IMG/VR virus record: IMGVR_UViG_3300033067_002266
Span: 1-54,260 of that record
Source: a virus
Taxonomy: Duplodnaviria > Caudoviricetes
DNA length: 54,260 bases
Reading direction: 5' to 3' (one strand)
Shown here: positions 38,589-47,498 of the stretch, in pieces
Numbering within the stretch: position 1 is the first letter of the stretch
How the letters are laid out: every line of letters begins with the position of its first letter
Made by a program: the position numbers and the translations under genes
Notes under the pieces: model-generated
What the model was told of the DNA's origin: nothing
What the model saw: only the letters and a program-made list of their open reading frames with translations
The model's database searches: none

Positions 38589-38619
38589 AGGGCCACCTTA
38601 ACCAAGAACGGAGAACGCG

Positions 38620-38991
38620 ATGCGTATGTGGATGGTGGACCCGGCGATTATGTGCCGTAAGCATTTACTGGGCGAACATGTGGAGACTCATATGTTCTAC
38701 GGTTCTATGAACAAAGGCATTAACCTGGATGGCTATATAGCTAATAACTTGCTGGAGGCCGATTCCTTGGCTGCTCGGCACGAAGCTTTGGCAAAGGAAA
38801 TGGTGCGGCGCGGATATCGCCACCATAGCCCCATGCTGCCGGAAAACGTTCAAACGATTCTGGAATACTACCCGAAGCGGGTTTTGGCTTCGACGGTGGA
38901 TGTAGCGGCTTCCTTGGAAGATTTGCTGGCACGCTGCCCCGATTGCCGCAGGTTCCATAAAAGCGTGACCTCGGGCGAATTGTTGGTATAA
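38620..38991 (+). CDS. pyrimidine-dimer DNA glycosylase / T4 endonuclease V-like protein
   Basis: 123 aa, MRMW...P..MCRKHLLGEH.E.H...RHEAL..EM.RRGY.H.SP matches the DenV/Pyr_excise family. Confidence 0.75.
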   Translation: MRMWMVDPAIMCRKHLLGEHVETHMFYGSMNKGINLDGYIANNLLEADSLAARHEALAKEMVRRGYRHHSPMLPENVQTILEYYPKRVLASTVDVAASLEDLLARCPDCRRFHKSVTSGELLV

Positions 38992-39022
38992 TAAGGCATC
39001 GTTTAACAAAGCACAGGAGAAC

Positions 39023-39730
39023 ATGATGGAAGAAAAAATCATCGCCCGGGTTCGTAAGATGCTGGCGCTTGCCAAGGATGCCGCGGCGACCGAAGGGGAA
39101 CGGGATAACGCGCTGAGGATGGCCTACGCCACCCTCGCCAAGCATAACCTGTCCATGGCAGCGGTGGATGCGCCTGCCGCTGAGGATCGGCGCTCGGAAG
39201 TCACCACCATCCGCCACCGCATGTGGATGACCCATATCCACAATGCCGTCGCCAAACTGTTTTTCTGCCATCTCTTCATGACGAAGAAGGGTGCTTATAT
39301 CGACCTTACCCTGATCGGGAAGGAATCCAATATCATCACCGCTAAGGATTTGGCGAATCATCTCTGCAATTCCATCCTGAAAGAAAACAAGCGGCGGAAT
39401 TTTTCCCAGACGGAGCTCGCCTCCTTTAATAAGGGCGCGGCGCATCGCATCACCGAACGCTGCGAACAACTGCGTCGGGAAGCTGAAGCCTCTACTGAAA
39501 CGGCTTCAGGAACCTCTTTGGTGCTGGCCTCCCTATACCAGCGGGAATCGGTCGCCAATGAAGATTACATCCGCGACGTAATGAAGCTTACCCTGCACCA
39601 GACCAAGGCGCGGCGCAGTACCATTCGTTCCGATGCCTATGCCGCTGGACGTACCTATGGCGATTCGCTTAACCTGAATCGCTCCATTACCGGAAGCAAG
39701 GCTTCCACTACCAACCTGATCGGAGGATAA
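39023..39730 (+). CDS. DUF2786-domain protein
   Basis: 235 aa, EKIIARVRKMLALA....TEGE...A...A..L.AKHNL N-terminus. Confidence 0.7.
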   Translation: MMEEKIIARVRKMLALAKDAAATEGERDNALRMAYATLAKHNLSMAAVDAPAAEDRRSEVTTIRHRMWMTHIHNAVAKLFFCHLFMTKKGAYIDLTLIGKESNIITAKDLANHLCNSILKENKRRNFSQTELASFNKGAAHRITERCEQLRREAEASTETASGTSLVLASLYQRESVANEDYIRDVMKLTLHQTKARRSTIRSDAYAAGRTYGDSLNLNRSITGSKASTTNLIGG

Positions 39731-39731
39731 G

Positions 39732-39962
39732 ATGTCCAAGACCAATAACCTCATCGCCGGGCTTATCAAGTCCGGCTATGTCGAGCAACCGGGGCGTAGC
39801 CGTAAGTATCGTACCTTCTTCAAGGAGGGGGTGCGGTTCCCGTATCTCTTTGTCGGTAAGAGCGGTGCTCTGCGTGCTTGCGAAACCGCCAGCTCCTCGT
39901 GCAGCATGGCGCTGACCGAACGCAGCAAGGAAGTGTTCATTGCGAAGGGGAAAGCAGAATGA
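39732..39962 (+). CDS. hypothetical protein
   Basis: 76 aa, GGAGG RBS, contains LFVGKSGALR. Confidence 0.65.
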   Translation: MSKTNNLIAGLIKSGYVEQPGRSRKYRTFFKEGVRFPYLFVGKSGALRACETASSSCSMALTERSKEVFIAKGKAE

Positions 39963-40213
39963 AAGAAAAACACACACCCAGTCCGTGGAGCGTGGGCGGG
40001 GTATCCGGCCAAGAGATTTACGGCGGGGGCCGTCTTATCGCTAACGCATGGACCGATGCGAACGCCGCCCTGATCGCCGCCGCGCCTGATCTGTTGGCCG
40101 CGCTGGAACAATCGCTGATGGCGTTAATCGGGTATCAGCATCAAAACGAGATAACCAAAGCTGCACAGAATTCGGCCCGCGCCGCCATCGCCAAAGCCCG
40201 CGGCGAATCCTAA
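39959..40213 (+). CDS. hypothetical phage protein (HTPxPW...ANAxLIAAAPDLL type)
   Basis: Start reassigned to the ATGA overlap at 39959, 84 aa. Confidence 0.7.
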   Translation: MKEKHTPSPWSVGGVSGQEIYGGGRLIANAWTDANAALIAAAPDLLAALEQSLMALIGYQHQNEITKAAQNSARAAIAKARGES

Positions 40214-40248
40214 CTTCACCCCGTAACCACCGCAAGGAGAATTTCCCA

Positions 40249-40470
40249 ATGAAAAACCCGTTCATCGCTATGGCCCTCGCCGTCGCGGCAATGTCCTCTA
40301 AGTTTGCCGAACTCATGGCTAAAGGAACGCTCGCCGAGCCGGTCTTCCGCCACCGTTCCACCAACAAGTTCACGCCGGGACAGTCCGGTACCGGAAAGCG
40401 CGAAACCGCCCGCCGTCGCCGCCAGATGGAGTCCCGCGACGGCAATGTCATGGTAAAGGAAGAAGCATGA
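40249..40470 (+). CDS. hypothetical basic protein
   Basis: 73 aa, AAGGAG RBS. Confidence 0.6.
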   Translation: MKNPFIAMALAVAAMSSKFAELMAKGTLAEPVFRHRSTNKFTPGQSGTGKRETARRRRQMESRDGNVMVKEEA

Positions 40471-41018
40471 AACAACTGCGCCCGTTTGACCCGACAACCC
40501 ACACCGACGATACACTCTACACCAACAACAGTAGTAAGACATTACGCCTACTTGGAGGCCCGAACGCGTATGGAAATTACGTCTTCCAGTGCGACGAAGA
40601 CAAAGACTTCCTCATCCTGAACCCGGTAGACGTCTATCTCAAACCCCTCGGCTACGTCGAGGGCCGGCCCGTTTATGAAGGCGATGTTCTGTACTGGAAT
40701 GACAACTCAACGCGCCCGGGTTTGGAGGAGCATATACGTGGCGTAGATGACAAGGGGCGCTTCTTAGGAATCACCACGAAGGGCGGCGAATTACTGTATT
40801 CAGGTGGAGATATTTCTGCTGAGTGCCTGACCTGGACCAAGCCCAAAATCAAAGTGAAGAAGGAGGGGTGGATCAACATCTACCAACGCGACCTTGACGG
40901 CTTCCTAGCGGAAACATCGCTTTGGATTAGGACTACAAAAAATGAAGCACTAAAAGATAAGCGCCCCGGCGCGCTCGACACCATCCGCATCGAGTGGGAA
41001 GAGGAATCTTTTCCATGA
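40467..41018 (+). CDS. hypothetical phage protein
   Basis: 183 aa, ATGA-coupled; VEGRPVYEGDVLY and KKEGWINIY motifs. Confidence 0.65.
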   Translation: MKQLRPFDPTTHTDDTLYTNNSSKTLRLLGGPNAYGNYVFQCDEDKDFLILNPVDVYLKPLGYVEGRPVYEGDVLYWNDNSTRPGLEEHIRGVDDKGRFLGITTKGGELLYSGGDISAECLTWTKPKIKVKKEGWINIYQRDLDGFLAETSLWIRTTKNEALKDKRPGALDTIRIEWEEESFP

Positions 41019-41269
41019 CCTTCCGTGACAAAGTATTAGACGCTCTAGCCGCCGCTCCGGGGTCCAATGTAGACGACCTCGGAGCAATTATCGGAATCTC
41101 CCGTTCGACTGCGCAACGTATCGTCCGGGATCTTTTTGCCGAGGGTAAGATCGCCCGCGAACGTGCCGGAACCTTCGAGCGTTACCGGTACTTCCTTATT
41201 GAAGTCAAAGCCGCATTCTCTTTCCGCGTCCCGCCGCCCAGTGCTTATTTGAAAGGAAAAGTGAAATGA
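41015..41269 (+). CDS. winged-HTH DNA-binding protein
   Basis: Start at the ATGA overlap at 41015. Pattern DLGAIIGISRSTAQRIVRDL..EGKI.R. Confidence 0.65.
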   Translation: MTFRDKVLDALAAAPGSNVDDLGAIIGISRSTAQRIVRDLFAEGKIARERAGTFERYRYFLIEVKAAFSFRVPPPSAYLKGKVK

Positions 41270-41448
41270 ACCTTTTTCGTCGTTGGTGTATCCATTACCT
41301 TCTTCCGAACATGGATTCCACCCATCAAGAATACGCCTATACCGCTTCCGGAGTTGGCCGGGTAATTCATGTCCTGGAAGCTCAAGGTTACGAGGTTGTC
41401 GAAGTCGTTGAACAAAAGAACGTCGGTGGAGGTTGGGAACCGGCATAA
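41266..41448 (+). CDS. hypothetical protein
   Basis: 60 aa, ATGA-coupled. Confidence 0.5.
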   Translation: MNLFRRWCIHYLLPNMDSTHQEYAYTASGVGRVIHVLEAQGYEVVEVVEQKNVGGGWEPA

Positions 41449-41464
41449 AGGTTCTAACAATTGC

Positions 41465-41493
41465 TTGCCCTAGTTGTCTCCTTCGAATAAAAT
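41465..41493 (+). promoter_or_regulatory. sigma70-type promoter for the recombination/replication operon
   Basis: TTGCCC-17 nt-TAAAAT upstream of the 41521 start. Confidence 0.6.
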
Positions 41494-41520
41494 AGGATCA
41501 CTTAATAACGGAGAACTACC

Positions 41521-41922
41521 ATGAACCAAGAAGAACTTTACGCCAAAATCGGCCTCTGGAACGAAGCGCAATCCCAGTTGAGCGCCCTCAAAGAACGGGA
41601 AATGAATCTGCGGAAGGAAATCTTTTCCGCGATATTCCCGACGCCCGCTGAAGGTACCAATACCTCCGAGCTCCCCGATGGCTGGAAGATTAAGGGGGTC
41701 TACAAGCTGAACTACTCCTTGGACGATGCTGCCCTTACCGTCGCTCTTAAAGAGCTGCGCAAGCATCGGGTCGCTGTCGACACCCTCGTTACCTACAAAC
41801 CCTCTCTTTCTGTTTCCGAGTACAAGAAGCTGGATCCCAAGTGGAAACAGGTCTTGGCCTCGGCGGTAGAAGTCAAACCCGGCGCTCCGGCGCTGGACCT
41901 CATCGCACCAAAAAGTGTATAA
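41521..41922 (+). CDS. conserved phage protein of the recombination module
   Basis: 133 aa, E..LRK.IF...F..P.EGTN..EL..GW...KP.LSVSEYK.L; precedes the Sak4-like ATPase. Confidence 0.65.
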   Translation: MNQEELYAKIGLWNEAQSQLSALKEREMNLRKEIFSAIFPTPAEGTNTSELPDGWKIKGVYKLNYSLDDAALTVALKELRKHRVAVDTLVTYKPSLSVSEYKKLDPKWKQVLASAVEVKPGAPALDLIAPKSV

Positions 41923-41933
41923 CAAGGAGAATC

Positions 41934-42617
41934 ATGGCCATTAAAATCACCACCACCGCCCAAGCGGCGGCCTTACACGGGGTCAAGATCCTGACCTACG
42001 GTAAAGCCGGCATGGGCAAGACTACCCTGTGTGCTACCGCGCCGACGCCGATTATTCTATCGGCCGAGGCCGGTTTGCTTTCCCTTCGCGCCTACCAGAT
42101 CCCGGTTATCGTTATTGATACCATCGAATCCTTGATGGAGGCTTTCCAATGGGCTACCGAATCCGCTGAAGCCAATCAGTTCGAAACCATCTGCCTGGAT
42201 TCCATTTCGGAAATCGGGGAGGTGGTTTTGTCCAATGCCAAGCGGCAAACCAAAGATCCGCGGCAGGCGTATGGCGAGCTCATCGAGAAAATGGGTACTA
42301 CCCTGCGTGCCTTCCGGGACATCTCCGGGAAGCATATCTACATGTCGGCAAAGCAGGAGTCCATCAAGGACGAAACTGCCGGTATTACCCAGTATGGCCC
42401 GAGCATGCCCGGAGCGAAACTGGGTGGGCAGATGCCTTACTTGTTCGACGAGGTATTTCGTCTCAATATCGGACGTACCCCGGAAGGGGCGGAGTACCGC
42501 TACCTCCAGACGCGTCCGGATTTCCAGAGCGAAGCAAAAGATCGCTCTGGTTGCCTGGATGCCATGGAACAACCTGACCTCACGGTCGTCATCAACAAAA
42601 TCCTTAACCTGAAATAG
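41934..42617 (+). CDS. AAA_24 / Sak4-like ATPase (single-strand annealing recombinase)
   Basis: Start MAIKITT at 41934 (AAGGAG RBS). YGKAGMGKT Walker A, ICLDSISE Walker B, AKDRSG. Confidence 0.8.
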   Translation: MAIKITTTAQAAALHGVKILTYGKAGMGKTTLCATAPTPIILSAEAGLLSLRAYQIPVIVIDTIESLMEAFQWATESAEANQFETICLDSISEIGEVVLSNAKRQTKDPRQAYGELIEKMGTTLRAFRDISGKHIYMSAKQESIKDETAGITQYGPSMPGAKLGGQMPYLFDEVFRLNIGRTPEGAEYRYLQTRPDFQSEAKDRSGCLDAMEQPDLTVVINKILNLK

Positions 42618-42628
42618 GAGAACCAAGA

Positions 42629-43159
42629 ATGGCACAACTTAACTTCAATGCCGCCACCGTCGAACCGCAACAGTCTTTCGAGCCAGTCCCCGAAGGCTGG
42701 TACACAGTCATGGCAGTGGCTTCGGAAATGAAGCCCACAAAGGACGGCAATAATGCCTACCTCGAGATGACTCTGAAGATCGTCGAACCGCAAGCGTTCG
42801 CCAATCGGCAGCTGTTCTACCGTCTGAACATCAAAAACAGCAACCCGGTGGCGCAAGAGATCGCCTACAAGCAGCTCTCGGCCATTTGCCACGCCGTTGG
42901 TATCATCCAGGTGGCGGATAGCCAGCAGCTCCATGGCCTGCCCTTCAAGGTGCGCGTCACCATCAAGAAGGATGACTCCGGCAAGTATGATCCATCGAAC
43001 GAGATCAAGGCCATTAAGGGGGTCAACGAAGGTGCTGCAGCACCGGCATTTGTCCCGCAAGCGACCCCTCCCGCGGCTCCGGCCTTTGCCCAGCAATCCC
43101 CGGCTCCGACACCGCAAGCCGCTGGCGCGGTCCCGCCTTGGATGCAGCCTAAGGCGTAG
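42629..43159 (+). CDS. DUF669-type single-stranded DNA-binding protein
   Basis: 176 aa, FEPVPEGWY...KPTKDG...YL...IA...LSAICHAVG, Pro/Ala tail ending PPW. Confidence 0.75.
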   Translation: MAQLNFNAATVEPQQSFEPVPEGWYTVMAVASEMKPTKDGNNAYLEMTLKIVEPQAFANRQLFYRLNIKNSNPVAQEIAYKQLSAICHAVGIIQVADSQQLHGLPFKVRVTIKKDDSGKYDPSNEIKAIKGVNEGAAAPAFVPQATPPAAPAFAQQSPAPTPQAAGAVPPWMQPKA

Positions 43160-43195
43160 TAGCACCTTCGGCGGAAACTGACCGCAATAACAAAT

Positions 43196-43230
43196 GGTGG
43201 CAGCCCGGAAAGACGGGCACCTTTCCTTTT
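43196..43230 (+). terminator. hairpin with a GAAAGA loop and U-rich tail after the SSB gene
   Basis: ggt-ggca-gcccg-gaaaga-cgggc-acc followed by tttcctttt. Confidence 0.55.
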
Positions 43231-43239
43231 AGGAACATC

Positions 43240-44250
43240 ATGGTTACCCTAGCCACACAGACACTAGCGGCGATTGAATCCGCTATTCAAAAAGACGGCG
43301 GAGCTCTGTTCCGTACTTTGGAACGGGAAGAATTCGCCAAGCTCGAAGATGCCTTCTCCTCGAAAGAAGAATCTTTCCGCACCCACCTCGGAGCCTCTTT
43401 GATCGGTCGCCCCTGTGCGCGAGAATTGTGGTATAACTTTCATTGGGCAACGAAGCCTGACTTCTCACCGCGCTTGCTGCGCCTCTTTAACCGCGGGCAT
43501 CTGGAAGAAGCGCGCTTTATCGCGTTATTACGGATGGTCTGCACAAAGGTTTGGACCCAGACGGAAGACGGAAACCAGTTTCGTATTCATGGGGGCGATG
43601 GGCATTTCGGTGGGTCTCTGGATGCTGTCATTGAAGGGTGCCCGGATTACCCGCAAACTCCGATTCTTGGAGAATTCAAGACCCATAACAATAAGTCCTT
43701 CGTGAACTTAAAGGAGGAAGGTGTACAGCGCGCCAAATGGGAACACTATGTTCAGCAGAATATTTATATGGCGGGATACCAGCTCCCCGCCTCTCTTTAC
43801 CTGGCAGTAAACAAAGATACCGATGAGCTGTACGGAGAAATAGTTCTCTTTAATGCCGAAGTATCCTCCCGCTATCACGCTCGGGCCAAAGGAATCATCG
43901 ATTCTCCGGAACCAGTAGATCGGATCAATAGTAACCCCTCTTGGTATCAATGCAAATTTTGTGACCACCAGAAGCTCTGCCATGACTTTGCTTACCCCGA
44001 AGTTAATTGCCGTACCTGTACCCATTCCACCCCGGTATCCGGAGGATGGCATTGCGAACTAAAGAACTTCCAGATACCAAAAAATTGCTCTGCCTGCCCA
44101 GATCATCTCTATAATCCAACAATGCTGAATAAGATTGAAGTCCTCTCCGCCGACGCCGGAAAAAATCAGATGCTCTATAAACGTGCTGATGGTACAAAAA
44201 TCTTGGCCGGAACTGGTGCCGCTAGTAGTCAGGAGCTCCGCGGGGTATGA
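43240..44250 (+). CDS. Cas4-like PD-(D/E)xK exonuclease
   Basis: 336 aa, R.HLGAS.IG.PC.R.LWY, GSLDA...EFKT, Q..IYM and CKFC.....C...NCRTC. Confidence 0.8.
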   Translation: MVTLATQTLAAIESAIQKDGGALFRTLEREEFAKLEDAFSSKEESFRTHLGASLIGRPCARELWYNFHWATKPDFSPRLLRLFNRGHLEEARFIALLRMVCTKVWTQTEDGNQFRIHGGDGHFGGSLDAVIEGCPDYPQTPILGEFKTHNNKSFVNLKEEGVQRAKWEHYVQQNIYMAGYQLPASLYLAVNKDTDELYGEIVLFNAEVSSRYHARAKGIIDSPEPVDRINSNPSWYQCKFCDHQKLCHDFAYPEVNCRTCTHSTPVSGGWHCELKNFQIPKNCSACPDHLYNPTMLNKIEVLSADAGKNQMLYKRADGTKILAGTGAASSQELRGV

Positions 44251-45842
44251 AGCTCTACCCATATCAGGAAGCCGCAGTGAATTCCCTGTGGGAATACTTT
44301 GCCATATCCACAGGGAATCCAATCATTGCCCTTCCGACTGGAAGTGGTAAGAGTCTAATCATTGCCGAGTTTCTCCGTCGCGCATATTCGTTGTACGCTG
44401 ATCAACGCGTTTTAATGCTGACTCACGTTAAGGAACTTATCGCACAAAACTTTGCGCGACTACTGCAGCTCTGGCCGACCGCCCCCGCGGGAATATATTC
44501 AGCCGGGCTGAATCGGAAAGACCTGCATCACTCCATTCTCTATTGTGGGATAGCCAGTATCGCCAAGCATGCTGCTACCTTGGGAAAAGTAGACCTTGTC
44601 CTCGTCGATGAATGCCATCTGGTCAGTCCAAGGTCTGAAGCTCAATATTTCACCTTCTTGGAAACATTGCGCGCAGCTAATCCGCATTTGAAGGTTATTG
44701 GTTTGTCGGCGACGCCATACCGGCTTGGACTTGGGCACTTGATGGAGGGTGGGCTTTTTACTGATGTCTGCTTCGACTTGACGGGGCGGGAAGCCTTTAA
44801 CAATCTGGTAAATGAAGGCTATCTGGCACCGCTAGTAACCAAAAGAACGTATCAGGAAATAGATACTTCTGAAATACACCTCCGTGGTGGAGAATTTGTA
44901 CAGCAGGAATTACAGTTGGTCATCGATAAGGAGAACATTACAGAGGCCGCGGTAAAAGAGATTCTTTACTATGGCGCGGATCGAAAGCATTGGTTGATTT
45001 TTGCCGCCGGAGTAGAACATGCCAAACATGTTGCTGACTGCCTTAGCCTTAATGGAATTTCCGCAGCCTCCGTTCATTCTCTCCTTTCGGACGAGGATCG
45101 TGATTCCATTCTGCGAGACTTCAAAAGCGGGAAGATACGCGCCGTAGTAAACAACAATATTCTAACCACCGGATTCGACTTTCCCGGGATAGACCTAATC
45201 GGGGTTCTTCGGCCAACCGCCTCCGCGGTCCTCTGGATACAGATGCTAGGAAGGGGAACTCGCCCTGCCCCAGAAAAGAAGGATTGCCTTGTTCTAGACT
45301 TTGCCGGGAATACTCGCCGCCTCGGGCCTATAAACGACCCCGTATTACCTCGCCGGAAAGGGGAAAAATCGCCCGGACAAGCCCCAGTCAAGGTGTGTGA
45401 GGCCTGTCTTACCTATAACCATGCCAGCGCCCGTGTATGCGCGCATTGCGGGGCGGAATTCCCGCGGCAACTTAACCTCTCCACCACGGCCTATACTGAA
45501 GAAGTCATGGCCAAGAGCGAACCAAGTATCCAACCTTTTAAGGTGGACAAAGTAACTTATACCAAACACACCAAACCTGGACGCATGCCGTCCATGCAAG
45601 TAAGTTATTATTGCGGCCTACGCCTTTTCCGGGAATGGGTCTGTTTTGAGCATGCCGGCTTTGCCCGCAAGAAGTCACACGATTGGTGGCGTTTCAGAAG
45701 CTCGTTGGAACCACCGCATACCATAGACGAGGCTATCGAAATGGCAGAAGCTCTTCCTACCCCGAAGAGCATTCAGGTTTGGATCAATACTAAATACCCG
45801 GAGGTTCTTGGTTATGAATTTCAAAACTTTGCCACGGTTTGA
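44247..45842 (+). CDS. SF2 DEAD/DEAH-box helicase, RadD/YejH-like, with a zinc ribbon
   Basis: 531 aa, PTGSGKS, DECH, SATP, LTTGFD, QMLGRG.R and CEAC...CAHC. Confidence 0.88.
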   Translation: MKLYPYQEAAVNSLWEYFAISTGNPIIALPTGSGKSLIIAEFLRRAYSLYADQRVLMLTHVKELIAQNFARLLQLWPTAPAGIYSAGLNRKDLHHSILYCGIASIAKHAATLGKVDLVLVDECHLVSPRSEAQYFTFLETLRAANPHLKVIGLSATPYRLGLGHLMEGGLFTDVCFDLTGREAFNNLVNEGYLAPLVTKRTYQEIDTSEIHLRGGEFVQQELQLVIDKENITEAAVKEILYYGADRKHWLIFAAGVEHAKHVADCLSLNGISAASVHSLLSDEDRDSILRDFKSGKIRAVVNNNILTTGFDFPGIDLIGVLRPTASAVLWIQMLGRGTRPAPEKKDCLVLDFAGNTRRLGPINDPVLPRRKGEKSPGQAPVKVCEACLTYNHASARVCAHCGAEFPRQLNLSTTAYTEEVMAKSEPSIQPFKVDKVTYTKHTKPGRMPSMQVSYYCGLRLFREWVCFEHAGFARKKSHDWWRFRSSLEPPHTIDEAIEMAEALPTPKSIQVWINTKYPEVLGYEFQNFATV

Positions 45843-46011
45843 ACAAGCGCGAGCAGTTCACGAGAGGCTTATTATTACCGGGGCGGTTTCCACATGCCTT
45901 AACTGCAAAGAATTCTCAGCTGACGAAACGCTTTGCACCCGCTACGGCATCCAACCGCCCGCTGAGATTATTGTTTACGGCTGCCCGGAATGGGACGATA
46001 TTCCTTTTTAA
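45814..46011 (+). CDS. small Cys-rich protein ending in DDIPF
   Basis: ATG at 45814 with GGAGG RBS, 65 aa, CLNC...C...GC.EWDDIPF. Confidence 0.7.
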   Translation: MNFKTLPRFEQARAVHERLIITGAVSTCLNCKEFSADETLCTRYGIQPPAEIIVYGCPEWDDIPF

Positions 46012-46025
46012 CTACGGAGATCTAA

Positions 46026-46715
46026 ATGCAGAATAATCAACCCCCAGAAAAGCAGGTCCACACTTCTGGGTACTACCTGGACGTTCAAGGGGTCTTTCAT
46101 ACTCTACAAGGGGAAGGACCTTTCGCTGGATGCCCGGCGGTATTCATTCGCCTTGCCGGGTGCAATCTGCAATGCCCGGGATGCGATACGGACTATACCT
46201 CGGCCCGCGGAATTATTCCGCTGCCTCAGATTCTTCTGGCAGTTAAGCAGGCGCATGGAAATGCTCCGACCAAGCTGGTTGTCATTACTGGAGGGGAGCC
46301 ATTCCGTCAGCAGCTTCTTCCACTAGTTCAATTTTTGCTTAATTATAAATATCGAGTACAGATCGAAACGAATGGGACACTCTATCAGGACCTGCCCTAT
46401 GGGGCTATCACGGTGGTATGCAGCCCGAAGACCGGATCTATTAATCGCTTGCTGGTTCCACACCTGTCGGCGCTAAAATACGTCGTAGATGCCGATAACG
46501 TGGCGGATGACGGTTACCCAATACGTGCCCTTCATCATGGAACCGGGGTTCTCGCGCGGCCTCCGCGAAACTTCCCCGGCAAGATTTATATGCAGCCTTT
46601 CGATTGTGGGGATACCGCGGATAACTTGCGGCATCAAAAGGCGGCCATACAGAGTTGCTTTACCACTGGGGCACGGTATTGCCACCAGCTTCATAAACTT
46701 ATTGGATTGGAGTAA
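46026..46715 (+). CDS. queE: 7-carboxy-7-deazaguanine synthase (radical SAM)
   Basis: TLQGEGP..G.PAVFIRLAGCNLQCPGCDTDY, VVITGGEP, IETNGT, VCSPK. Confidence 0.92.
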   Translation: MQNNQPPEKQVHTSGYYLDVQGVFHTLQGEGPFAGCPAVFIRLAGCNLQCPGCDTDYTSARGIIPLPQILLAVKQAHGNAPTKLVVITGGEPFRQQLLPLVQFLLNYKYRVQIETNGTLYQDLPYGAITVVCSPKTGSINRLLVPHLSALKYVVDADNVADDGYPIRALHHGTGVLARPPRNFPGKIYMQPFDCGDTADNLRHQKAAIQSCFTTGARYCHQLHKLIGLE

Positions 46716-46719
46716 CAAA

Positions 46720-47496
46720 ATGACTGCCAAAGCTCTAGTGATTCTTTCCGGTGGGCAAGATTCAACCACTTGCCTTTTCTGGGCGAAAACCATTTACGAT
46801 GAAATTCATGCCATCACCTTTGATTATGGGCAGCGCCATCGGATCGAGATTGATTCTGCGATCCGGGTTGCTAGTATGGCCGACGTGGCTTCTCACGAGA
46901 TCGTGGCAGTTCCGAATTGTCTTATTTCCATGAGTCCGCTGACTAGCGCGAATGCTTTGGAGAAGTATGAAAATCCGGAGCAGATGGAAAAGGTGATCGG
47001 GGCACGTCGGGAGCTCACCTTCGTCCCGATGCGCAATGCCCTTTTCCTCACCATCGCCGCCAACCGTGCCGAAGCCAGAGGTATTACTGATCTGGTTACC
47101 GGTGTCTGTCAGATGGACAACGCCAACTATGATGATTGCCGGCGTATCTTTATCAACGCAACGGAGGACTACATTAACTATGCCCTCGGCCACGACCATC
47201 GGGGAACCCCGCGCATTAACCTGGTTACTCCGTTGATGCACCTCTCAAAAGAAGGAACTGTGCAACTGGCTACCCAATTGCCGGGATGCTGGCAGGCATT
47301 GGCCTATACCCATACCAGCTATGACGGGAAGTATCCACCCACCGATATGAATCATGCCAATGTCTTGCGCGCTGATGGATTTGCCAAGGCCGGGCTCCCG
47401 GACCCCTTGGTTTTGCGTGCCGTAGCGGAAGGACTTATGCCTTTCCCCGATACCCCGAACTACCAAAACATTCAACTTCCTTTGGCAGGTATTTGA
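46720..47496 (+). CDS. queC: 7-cyano-7-deazaguanine synthase-like protein lacking the Zn-binding cysteines
   Basis: Start MTAKALV at 46720. SGGQDS PP-loop, FDYGQRH, TFVPMRN, YDDCR and TPLM.LSK are present; the C-terminal Cys cluster is replaced. Confidence 0.85.
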   Translation: MTAKALVILSGGQDSTTCLFWAKTIYDEIHAITFDYGQRHRIEIDSAIRVASMADVASHEIVAVPNCLISMSPLTSANALEKYENPEQMEKVIGARRELTFVPMRNALFLTIAANRAEARGITDLVTGVCQMDNANYDDCRRIFINATEDYINYALGHDHRGTPRINLVTPLMHLSKEGTVQLATQLPGCWQALAYTHTSYDGKYPPTDMNHANVLRADGFAKAGLPDPLVLRAVAEGLMPFPDTPNYQNIQLPLAGI

Positions 47497-47498
47497 TC

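Noticed and set aside
43240-44250. Cas4-like nuclease as a sign of CRISPR-Cas
   Set aside because: No cas1, cas2 or repeat-spacer array. The context (Sak4-like ATPase, SSB, helicase) is a standard phage recombination module.
46489-46719. 77-aa N-terminal extension on QueC in the ORF track
   Set aside because: It overlaps queE. The ATG at 46720 has a GGAG RBS and gives a normal QueC N-terminus.
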